A DNA stretch of 18,527 nucleotides. It comes from Gemmatimonadales bacterium. Its GTDB lineage: Bacteria > Gemmatimonadota > Gemmatimonadetes > Gemmatimonadales > GWC2-71-9. Shown one piece after another: positions 8,088 through 15,590 of the stretch (positions within the stretch are counted from its first letter, which is position 1; every line of letters begins with the position of its first letter). The notes beneath the pieces are model-generated. The model saw nothing but the letters and a program-made list of their open reading frames with translations, had not been told where the DNA came from and searched no databases. The position numbers were made by a program, and so were the translations under genes. The DNA lies in the NCBI GenBank assembly GCA_039794085.1, contig JBDIWC010000066.1, positions 1 through 18,527 on the forward strand, in the 5' to 3' direction.

Positions 8088-8534
8088 TCAGTTCCCCTCG
8101 CGGCTCGGACTCGCTCTCTCGGCCACGACGATCGTGCCCTTCATTCCCATCGCTTGGTGGGGTGTACAGACGAAGGCGTAGGTGCCCGGGGAAAAGCGGT
8201 CGTCGATCCGGAGCTCGTAGGCCTCGCCCCTGGTCATCAGGAAGGGGCCCATTCGGGCGTCATCGAGCTGAGCTCCCGGGGGCAGCGTCTTGAATTCGAC
8301 GTTGTGGGGGACTCCACCCTGCTGGACGAACCGGATCGTCTGGCCCGGGGTCACGGTGATGAGCGATGGCTCGAAGGCGTAGCTGGTGGCCGACTTGTCG
8401 ATCATCTGGATCACGACGATGTCCGTCTCTGCTTCCGTGATGGTTCTGGTGGACGCGGTGGCCTGAGCCTGTGCACCAGATGCGGTCAGGATCGTCGCGA
8501 CCGTGAGCATGAGGGTCCTGGTGGTTCCTGGCAT
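8088..8534 (-). CDS. Plastocyanin/azurin-family type-1 blue copper protein
   Basis: Signal peptide (AQA), FEPSLITVTPGQT, PHNV and C-x2-H-x4-M (CTPHQAMGM). GGAGG RBS precedes ATG 8534. Confidence 0.92.
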   Translation of the reverse strand: MPGTTRTLMLTVATILTASGAQAQATASTRTITEAETDIVVIQMIDKSATSYAFEPSLITVTPGQTIRFVQQGGVPHNVEFKTLPPGAQLDDARMGPFLMTRGEAYELRIDDRFSPGTYAFVCTPHQAMGMKGTIVVAERASPSREGN

Positions 8535-8592
8535 TTCCCTGTCCTCCGTGTGGCGTGATCGTCCGTTTGAACGCGCGGTCGAGGAATGGCTT

Positions 8593-8609
8593 CGCAGGAG
8601 ATATGCCGG
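8593..8609 (-). promoter_or_regulatory. Candidate sigma-54 (-24/-12) promoter
   Basis: Minus strand reads CCGGCATATCTCCTGCG: GG-N10-GC with GGCA and TGC cores. It lies ~60 bp upstream of the cupredoxin start, and a sigma-54 activator is encoded nearby. Confidence 0.72.
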
Positions 8610-8703
8610 TGGGGCGGGGCCTGATGAAACTTCCATAACTACAGGCAGGTCAGTCGGTTGCGGAGACGATGCCGCTCGAGCGACGGAAGGGAGGAGGGGA
8701 AAC

Positions 8704-8743
8704 TGTAACCCCCACCGTCCCAGGTGGGGCGAGGAGCGTCACA
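8704..8743. promoter_or_regulatory. Two tandem imperfect palindromes, candidate enhancer (UAS) for the NtrC-type regulator
   Basis: TGTAACC-N5-CGTCCCA (8704-8722) and TGGGGCG-N5-CGTCACA (8725-8743) both fit TGTGACG-N5-CGTCACA. They are 21 bp apart centre to centre and ~100-135 bp upstream of the -24 element. Confidence 0.55.
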
Positions 8744-8768
8744 CCGACTTGGAGGGGGGGGACGGGTC

Positions 8769-10232
8769 TCAGAACGCCACGTCGAGACGCAGCCAGAGGT
8801 TGTGGGGTCGGTTGAGGCCCGCCTGGCTGGTCTCGGAATGCCGCAGGAAGAATTCGCCCTCCATCACCAAGCGGACGTTCTGGCGCAGCAGCAGGATGAC
8901 CCCCGGGAGCACACGAGTCGACTCGGTTGGGGGAGGAGCGGCGGAGACGTCCGGGGGGAGATCGCTTGCGAGCACCTGGATCCGCTCGGCCTTGAGCGAA
9001 CCGATGATCCACGGGAGGGCCAGATACTCGGAGCGGGCGAAGACACTCTCCACTTCGAGGTGTCCCGTGGAGACATCGGGCCAGGGTTGCGCAAAGTTCC
9101 GGATCACGTAGCCCGCGCCGAGGTCCAGGCGTCCCAGCAGCGCGCGAGCCGCGAGGCCGAACGCCGTGTGCTCCCCTTGGGGAGCGCTCTCCGTCGATTC
9201 GTTTCCCAGATAGCCGAAGTGCTCGAGGATGAGAGCGTGGTCAAGGAGCTGACCGGTGAGGGTCTGTGCCGGTGCCTGCGCTGAACCGTAGGAGCCGGTG
9301 AGATCCAGCCCGCCGACCTTGTAGCGCATGGTGTAATAGAGATCCTTTCGCCCGTTCCGATCGGTCGCGCCATCTCCGCGACCCTGCGAAAGGCCGACTC
9401 CGAAGTGGAGGCGTCGCCCGATGAGGCCGTTGAGTTCGACGGCCGGCTGGGAATGGTCGAGCATGAGGTCGTTGTCGGTCCGGAATGGCTCGGCCACGTC
9501 GCTCTTGCGCAGCTCCACCTCGGATGCTTCGAACGTCTGCCAGAGGAAGGGTTGACGCGCCACAAGGTCGATGTGTTGATGGGCGAAGGTCATCAGGTAC
9601 GGATCCAGCAGGCCGACCCTGAGATTCAGCATTCGCGCCGGAAGTCCGGGGATGGGATCCCGGAACTCCACCTTCGCCTGGTGGATCTCCACCCCGTTGT
9701 CGGGGCTCCACCCCGCGTCGAGGAAGACGGAAACCTCCTTGCCCAGAGGGGCACCGGCGAGGAGTTGGATTTCGTCTGGAAATTGGTATGTGGCGTCGTA
9801 GGGAAGCCGCTCGTCCCGGGTGACCCGGGCGTCGGACACGATTCGAAGCGCGAGTGGAACGAATCCCGGGAGATCGCTCGACCGGATGGATCTCGGCCAC
9901 GCCTCGTCCCATTCCGGTGCGCCCAGTGAGACCGGATCATCCTTCCGAACCACGAGCTTGGTCGAGGGCATCCGATATCCGTTCAGGCGGAACACTTCGC
10001 CGAACACGTTCAATTTCGGAGCTGCCGTGTGACATGTGGAGCACGCGGTTCCGTACATCCGGGAAAAGGCCGGGATCGACACGTCGTGGTATCCGGTCGG
10101 CGCGATGACACGTGCCGGTGCCGAGTCAGCACGCCCGGAGGGTCTTGTCGGCACGGCGGCTGCCGACAGGACCGCGACCGCCGAGAGGGTCAGGGCCACG
10201 GTGTCGCGGAGACTCGACGGCCCGGTGCTCAT
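8769..10232 (-). CDS. Cyc2-like fused monoheme cytochrome c / outer-membrane beta-barrel
   Basis: IPAFSRMYGTACSTCHTAAPKLNVFGEVFRLNGY (aa 53-86) resembles the Cyc2 N-terminal PxFAR...CxxCH...PxL..FG..F...GY motif. Single CxxCH, long beta-strand-rich C-terminus ending RLDVAF. Confidence 0.8.
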   Translation of the reverse strand: MSTGPSSLRDTVALTLSAVAVLSAAAVPTRPSGRADSAPARVIAPTGYHDVSIPAFSRMYGTACSTCHTAAPKLNVFGEVFRLNGYRMPSTKLVVRKDDPVSLGAPEWDEAWPRSIRSSDLPGFVPLALRIVSDARVTRDERLPYDATYQFPDEIQLLAGAPLGKEVSVFLDAGWSPDNGVEIHQAKVEFRDPIPGLPARMLNLRVGLLDPYLMTFAHQHIDLVARQPFLWQTFEASEVELRKSDVAEPFRTDNDLMLDHSQPAVELNGLIGRRLHFGVGLSQGRGDGATDRNGRKDLYYTMRYKVGGLDLTGSYGSAQAPAQTLTGQLLDHALILEHFGYLGNESTESAPQGEHTAFGLAARALLGRLDLGAGYVIRNFAQPWPDVSTGHLEVESVFARSEYLALPWIIGSLKAERIQVLASDLPPDVSAAPPPTESTRVLPGVILLLRQNVRLVMEGEFFLRHSETSQAGLNRPHNLWLRLDVAF

Positions 10233-10858
10233 GGGGACGTGGTCTCCACCAGCCGACCCGGCCGGGAGAGGTTCAGGACGAGTCCTCGCGCTCCGGCTGC
10301 GGGGACCACCAGCGTCTCGTGCCGTGGTTCGGACCCCCGTCGCCAGACGTTCAGATGGTAGGTACCCGGGGGAACATCGGGGATTCGGAACAGACCCCCG
10401 GTGTCAGTCACCGCGTAATACGGGGTGGTGACCACCACCACGTACGCGAACATCTCCGGATGCACGTGGCAGAGGATGACGTGGAAACCGGGTTTCGTGA
10501 ATGTATGGTTCCGACTCGTGTTCGATGGATACGTTCCGAGATCGAACGCTTCGCCCTCCCCTCCGGGGCTGAACACATTGTGGAGAATCGGGTCGCTGTT
10601 GAGGAAGTGTACGGTGAGTCCCGGACGTCCAACGACGACCGGCGGGAGGAAGCGGAGCCGGCTCTGGTCGATCACGGTCGTGTCGACGCTGGGGGTGGGT
10701 TCTGCAGCGGCACTCTCGCTTTCGAGGTACAGTACGACACCGTCGGCCGGGTGTCCTGCGATCAGCACGACGCCGTCGATTCCACCTTCCTGGCCGAGGA
10801 TTGGGGCGGGAAGGAGCAGGAGCAACATGAGGACAGCGCCCGGTCTAGCGCGTTTCAT
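10229..10858 (-). CDS. Exported MauL-like cupredoxin with carboxypeptidase-regulatory-like beta-sandwich
   Basis: Signal peptide, IDQ...FLP, NSDPILHNVFS, FDLG, C-x2-H-x2-M (CHVHPEM), C-terminal TDTGGLFRIPDVPPGTYHLNVW. Start reassigned to MKRARP (10858). Confidence 0.82.
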   Translation of the reverse strand: MKRARPGAVLMLLLLLPAPILGQEGGIDGVVLIAGHPADGVVLYLESESAAAEPTPSVDTTVIDQSRLRFLPPVVVGRPGLTVHFLNSDPILHNVFSPGGEGEAFDLGTYPSNTSRNHTFTKPGFHVILCHVHPEMFAYVVVVTTPYYAVTDTGGLFRIPDVPPGTYHLNVWRRGSEPRHETLVVPAAGARGLVLNLSRPGRLVETTSP

Positions 10859-12266
10859 CGGTCTTCCTTTCGTTCTGCGCCTCTTCCAGTTCGGCAAGCC
10901 ACCGGTGGATGGTGCGACGGTGGACACCGGCGGCCCTGGCGGCCTGCGAGACGTTGCCGTCGTGGGCTTCCAGCAGCCGCTCCAGGTAGGCGGCGTGGAA
11001 GGTGCGCACGGCCTCCTTCCGGGCGCTGTCGTAACTCAGGTGTGACCCGGGGTCCCCGAGCGCGGCGTGCTCGCTCGGATAGACGCCCGGCAACGAGTTC
11101 TCGGTCAGAAGGTCCCCGGCCACGATCAGCCCGTCCTCGTCCAGCACGACAAGGCGCTGAATGACGTTCCGGAGTTGTCGGATGTTCCCCGGCCAGTTGT
11201 ACCGCTCCAGGATCCGCCACGCCTCGGGAGAGACCCTGGGCACCTTTTTTCCGACGGACGCGGAGAATTGCTCCAGAAAGTGTCCGGCCAGCAGGGGGAC
11301 GTCGCCGGTTCGATCCCGCAGGGGGGGCAACGCGATCTCGACGACGTTGAGTCGGTAGTAGAGGTCTTCACGAAAGCCACCTACCTGGAGGGCCTCGCGG
11401 AGGTTGGCATTCGTCGCCGAGACGAGTCGGATGTCCACATCAAGGAGGCGGGAGTCACCCAGGCGCCTCAGCTGACGTTCCTCGAGCACCCGAAGCAGCT
11501 TGGACTGGAGCGGCACGCTCAGTTCGCCGATCTCATCCAGAAAGAGCGTCCCGCCGTTGGCCCCGACGATCAGCCCGTCTCGCCGGGACACCGCCCCGGT
11601 GAAGGCTCCCTCGGCGTGGCCAAAGAGCTCGCTCTCCAGGAGATTTTCCGGCAGGGCCGCGCAGTCGACGGGAATGAAGGGCCCCTCGGATCGCCCGCTC
11701 ATGTCGTGCACCAGGCGCCCGAGGAGCTCCTTCCCCGTGCCGCTCTCACCGGTGATGAGAACATTGACCTCGGTGCGCGCGACCTTTCGGGCACGCTCCA
11801 GAACGCGTTCGAAGGCGGGACTCGTCCCGATCGCGGCCGGCGCGCGCGGTCCCCGGCGAATCTCCTCCCGCAGCCTGCGGTTCTCCAGAGTCAAGTGGCG
11901 GTGGCGCACGGCTCGTTGCACCGCCACCAGAAGTTCGTCGACCGTGAAGGGCTTGGTCAAATAGTCGAACGCGCCCTCGTGCATCGCATCGACGGCGGAG
12001 GACACGGAGCCGTACGCCGTGATGAGAATGACAGGGAGGGCCGGATCGTCGGCCCGGGCCGCGGCCAGGATCGTCATGCCGTCGGCCCGTGGCATGCGGA
12101 GGTCCGTGATCAGGACGTCCGGATTCACCTCGCTCCGCAGTGAGCGGAATCGGCTCGGGTCGGGGAGTGTCCAGCAGCGATACCCCTCGGATGAGAGCAT
12201 GCGGTCAATGTTCTCGAGCATTTCGGGCTCGTCGTCGAGGATCAGAACGCGCGCCTGGTCATTCAT
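10845..12266 (-). CDS. Sigma-54-dependent NtrC/AtoC-family response regulator
   Basis: REC domain (LDDE, TDLRMP, KPF), AAA+ domain (GESGTGKE, ELFGHAEGAFTGA, LFLDEIGE, FREDLYYRL, WPGNIRQL) and Fis-type HTH (GNVSQAARAAG). Confidence 0.97.
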   Translation of the reverse strand: MNDQARVLILDDEPEMLENIDRMLSSEGYRCWTLPDPSRFRSLRSEVNPDVLITDLRMPRADGMTILAAARADDPALPVILITAYGSVSSAVDAMHEGAFDYLTKPFTVDELLVAVQRAVRHRHLTLENRRLREEIRRGPRAPAAIGTSPAFERVLERARKVARTEVNVLITGESGTGKELLGRLVHDMSGRSEGPFIPVDCAALPENLLESELFGHAEGAFTGAVSRRDGLIVGANGGTLFLDEIGELSVPLQSKLLRVLEERQLRRLGDSRLLDVDIRLVSATNANLREALQVGGFREDLYYRLNVVEIALPPLRDRTGDVPLLAGHFLEQFSASVGKKVPRVSPEAWRILERYNWPGNIRQLRNVIQRLVVLDEDGLIVAGDLLTENSLPGVYPSEHAALGDPGSHLSYDSARKEAVRTFHAAYLERLLEAHDGNVSQAARAAGVHRRTIHRWLAELEEAQNERKTDETR

Positions 12267-14544
12267 CGCTCATCCCCGGAAAACATGGAAAGCCGACGAC
12301 GAATACCGCTCCCGTCCCGTTGCCCCCGACCAGGTTGATCGTGCCCCCGTGGCGCTCCATCAGTGCCCGGCAGACCGCCAGCCCGAGCCCGGTTCCTCCC
12401 CGGTCGGCCTTCGTGGTGAAAAAGGGCTGGAAGATCCGGTTGCGGAACTCGTCCGGCACTCCGGGACCGTTGTCCCGGACCTCGATCTCGACGCATGTGG
12501 ATCTGCCCCTGGTGCGAGTCGTCACGGTTATCACCCCTCCGGGTGCACACGCCTGCTGGGCGTTCAGGAGCAGGTTCACCAGGACCGTCTCCACCGCCGT
12601 GGCGCTGGCCACAACGCACGGGAGATCGTCGCCCAGACGGATCTCCAGCCGTACGCCTTCGGGAGCCACGACCCGGTTGAGGAGCCGCGCGACCTGGACC
12701 ACCACGTCATTTACCTGGAGGGAGGACATCTCCTTGGTGTCGTCGCGTGCGAACCGGAGCAAGTCTCCCGTGATCGAACCGATCCGGCGCACCTGCTCGC
12801 GCAGGACCGCGAGGTCCTTGCGGAAAAGGTCCCCCGTGTCGGAGCGCAACGCCTCGCGTTGCATGAGTTCGAGGCGGTTGTCGAGAACCGCCACCGGGTT
12901 GTTCAGTTCGTGGGTCAGCCCGGCGGCCATCACGCTCATGGCGGACAGGCGTTCGGAGCGCAGCATCTGCTCCTGAATCTGTTCCTGCACGCGCGTGTCC
13001 CGGAAGATCACCGACGAGCCGGTGAGGGCACCTTCCTCATCCTCGAGCAGGGTTTGCGTGATGCCCACCGGCACCAGCTCGCCGGATTTCGTCTTCCGCG
13101 TTGTCTGGTGTGCGATCACGGCCCCGGACTCCTGGACGGTTTGACGGAGATACACCTGCTCTCGACGGTTGCGTGGACTCTCCGGGAGAATCAGGTCGTC
13201 CAGATACCGGTCCAGGGCCTCGTCGGAGGTGAATCCAAACAGCCGCTCCGCACCCCGGTTCCAGAGGCGAATGCGGCCGGCGGAATCGAGGCCGACGATC
13301 CCGTCGGCTGACAGGGAGACGATGCGTGAGAGTTCGGTCTCGGTCCGCCGCAATTCACGCGTTCTCTCCTCGACGGCGGACTCGAGGCGTCGGCGATGCC
13401 GGTCCACTTCGGCGGCCATCTGCTCAAAGTCCTCGGAGAGATCCTGGATCTCATCATTCGTCTCGATGTTCAGTGGCTCGTGAGACGCACCTCCGGTCAC
13501 CCGCCGGGCCGCTCTCTGGAGAAGGTGCAGGGGCCGGGTGATCTGGCGCGCCGCCACGACCGCGACCCCCAGCACGGAGAGCGCGATGAAGAGCGCGGCC
13601 AGCCCGATGGCGCCGAGGAACTGGCGCACTGATCCACCAAGTGACGCCTGGGAAAAGGTGCGGTAGAGCGCGAAGGGAGAGACCGGGAGTCCCGGCACCT
13701 GCAGGGGGCGGTAGGTCACGACGACCCCATCCTCCGTTCGGACCGTACCGACATCCCCCGAGAGGACCGCCGTGGCGACGGACTTCGGAAGGTCGCTGGC
13801 AATGCTCTCCTCGTTCCGGCGCGCGAGGAGCGTCGCCCAATCCCGCTTCCGGCGAGTGTGGTAGAAAAAGCGCCCCGCCCCGTCCACCAGGCCGGTGACA
13901 CCGGCCACGTCAGGAGAGGCGCGATCGATCTCCCTGAAGATGCTGGCCGCCAACGCTTCGCCGACGACGGCCCCTCTCACCCGGCCCGCCGCGTCATGGA
14001 CGGGCCGCACGACCGCGACGGCGGGAATGAGTCCGGTGCCGGCCCCGTTCCGGAGCTCCACCGGGACCAGTCTCGTCGCTCCCTGCTCCAGTTCCGAGGC
14101 CACCCAGAGGTAGAACGGTTGAGTCGTCCCAGTTGCGTCCACGTCCCCGGTGCCCGGTCGCCGGGCGTCGGCGACGACCTGCCCCCGTGAATCCACCGCC
14201 TTCACACGGAACAGCGCCGAGGAATCGGCCACCAGATATTTCTGCACGGCCGCGGCCAGATTCCCTCCCGACACCCGATCTCCCTGCAGGATGCGGTCCG
14301 CCATGCCGAGATCGGCGATGTAGCCGACCTGTTGCACCAGATCGCCAAGAGACCGAGCCGTCCGCTGCCCGACCGTCTCAAGATCGTGTTCCAGAAGATC
14401 GCGCTCCCGCGCACGCATCTGCTGCACCGTGAAGAACGCCCCCACGGTGCTCACCAGGGTCAGCGGCACAAGCGCCAGAAGAACGAAAGCGATCGCGAGC
14501 TTCGCGGTCAGGCCCAAGCGGGGAAACAGGCGGTTCAGATTCAC
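12259..14544 (-). CDS. Membrane sensor histidine kinase (periplasmic Cache-like, HAMP, PAS, HisKA, HATPase)
   Basis: Two TM helices flanking a ~275 aa periplasmic domain, HAMP (ITRPL...NDEIQDL), PAS (WNRGAERLFG), H-box HELNNP, N-box NLLLNA, DNGPG, PFFTTK and GTGLGL. GTG start. Confidence 0.95.
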   Translation of the reverse strand: MNLNRLFPRLGLTAKLAIAFVLLALVPLTLVSTVGAFFTVQQMRARERDLLEHDLETVGQRTARSLGDLVQQVGYIADLGMADRILQGDRVSGGNLAAAVQKYLVADSSALFRVKAVDSRGQVVADARRPGTGDVDATGTTQPFYLWVASELEQGATRLVPVELRNGAGTGLIPAVAVVRPVHDAAGRVRGAVVGEALAASIFREIDRASPDVAGVTGLVDGAGRFFYHTRRKRDWATLLARRNEESIASDLPKSVATAVLSGDVGTVRTEDGVVVTYRPLQVPGLPVSPFALYRTFSQASLGGSVRQFLGAIGLAALFIALSVLGVAVVAARQITRPLHLLQRAARRVTGGASHEPLNIETNDEIQDLSEDFEQMAAEVDRHRRRLESAVEERTRELRRTETELSRIVSLSADGIVGLDSAGRIRLWNRGAERLFGFTSDEALDRYLDDLILPESPRNRREQVYLRQTVQESGAVIAHQTTRKTKSGELVPVGITQTLLEDEEGALTGSSVIFRDTRVQEQIQEQMLRSERLSAMSVMAAGLTHELNNPVAVLDNRLELMQREALRSDTGDLFRKDLAVLREQVRRIGSITGDLLRFARDDTKEMSSLQVNDVVVQVARLLNRVVAPEGVRLEIRLGDDLPCVVASATAVETVLVNLLLNAQQACAPGGVITVTTRTRGRSTCVEIEVRDNGPGVPDEFRNRIFQPFFTTKADRGGTGLGLAVCRALMERHGGTINLVGGNGTGAVFVVGFPCFPGMSDE

Positions 14545-14691
14545 GACTCGTCCCTGGATGCCTTCCGTTCAGCGACGGGCATCGCGGTGGCCTGGCGTCC
14601 TCAACCAGAAATCGTCTTCTGGGACGGAGGCCCGCCGAGAACTGACGTTCTCATGCAGTGGCGGTCGGGTTGGGGTCTTGTGGTTCCTGCA

Positions 14692-14707
14692 TGTGACCAC
14701 CGTAACA
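14692..14707. promoter_or_regulatory. CRP/FNR-family-like box upstream of the kinase operon
   Basis: TGTGA-CCACCG-TAACA matches TGTGA-N6-TCACA at 9/10 positions. It sits next to an AT-rich patch and a minus-strand TTGACG (14754-14749). Confidence 0.35.
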
Positions 14708-14788
14708 GGAGAACCCCGTCAATAGATATATCCTGTTGCAGGCGCATGCGTCAACCTGCACGTGCTGGCGGGGGATCGCCTGTGAGGT

Positions 14789-15382
14789 TCACAGGGCGGG
14801 GGGGCATTCTCCGGATTGACCGGGGAGTCGCCGTACTCGATCCCATTCCCGTTCGACGCCGAGGCGCCGGGCCCAGCGCTCCACCTCCCCATGATTAACC
14901 AGGTCCCCGCTGATGCGGAGCATATGCCTGATGTCCGTCAGGTGCCGATCGGATCCTCCCATCTGGAAATAGCGGAGCTTGCTCACAATGACCGCTTCGA
15001 TCGGGGCGACACGGACCTCGTCGCCTTCAACGTGCCGCAGGGCAGGGTGCCGCAGGGCCCAGGAATTAAGGGGATCCTCACCGGACAGATAGATATCCGC
15101 CCGCATTGCCGTTTCATGATGGCTGACGTTGAAATGGCCGTGTGCAGGGCGCCGACTCTCCTCCCCGATGACTTCCACCGGCGGGACATAGAACTCCCCT
15201 GATGGCCACGCTGCCGCGAAACGGTCGGCGTCCCCTGTCTGCAACTGGACAATCAGGTCGATGTCCCGGGTGAAACGCGGTTCTCCGTAGATCACGGAGG
15301 CCACGCCTCCAGTGATCAGATAGGGAATGCCCAGCTGGTTGAGGGGTCGGACGAACAGGGCAATGAGGCTAGGGTCGGTCAT
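14789..15382 (-). CDS. Pol-beta-superfamily nucleotidyltransferase (DUF6036/AbiEii-like), putative toxin
   Basis: YLITGGVAS..YGEPRFTRDIDL motif, RADIY and later KL...G.D.H..DI motifs. Confidence 0.75.
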   Translation of the reverse strand: MTDPSLIALFVRPLNQLGIPYLITGGVASVIYGEPRFTRDIDLIVQLQTGDADRFAAAWPSGEFYVPPVEVIGEESRRPAHGHFNVSHHETAMRADIYLSGEDPLNSWALRHPALRHVEGDEVRVAPIEAVIVSKLRYFQMGGSDRHLTDIRHMLRISGDLVNHGEVERWARRLGVEREWDRVRRLPGQSGECPPAL

Positions 15383-15563
15383 GACGGAAGAACTCGCGGA
15401 CGGCGGCTTTCACCTCCTCCTCGGACCAATCCGGATGGTGACCCCGCACGCCGGCCTCCTTCAGCGACCACGCTTGCCGCCACAGGGAGTGCATGACGGC
15501 CACCTTCTCGGTGGCGGTCATGGCGCGGAGCCGAGCAACCTCGAGATCGAGAACCGATGGCAT
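15369..15563 (-). CDS. Small helical protein (64 aa), putative antitoxin or partner of the nucleotidyltransferase
   Basis: LRAMTATEK...AGVRGHHPDWSEEEV pattern. Overlaps the NTase start by 14 nt and fills the gap between same-strand genes. Confidence 0.7.
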   Translation of the reverse strand: MPSVLDLEVARLRAMTATEKVAVMHSLWRQAWSLKEAGVRGHHPDWSEEEVKAAVREFFRHDRP

Positions 15564-15590
15564 GGGACAAGTATGACGCCCACGAGGCCC

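Noticed and set aside
14779..14795. CCTGTGA-ggt-TCACAGG as a CRP site
   Set aside because: Half-site spacing is 3 rather than 6 and it overlaps the NTase stop codon. At most it is a small hairpin.
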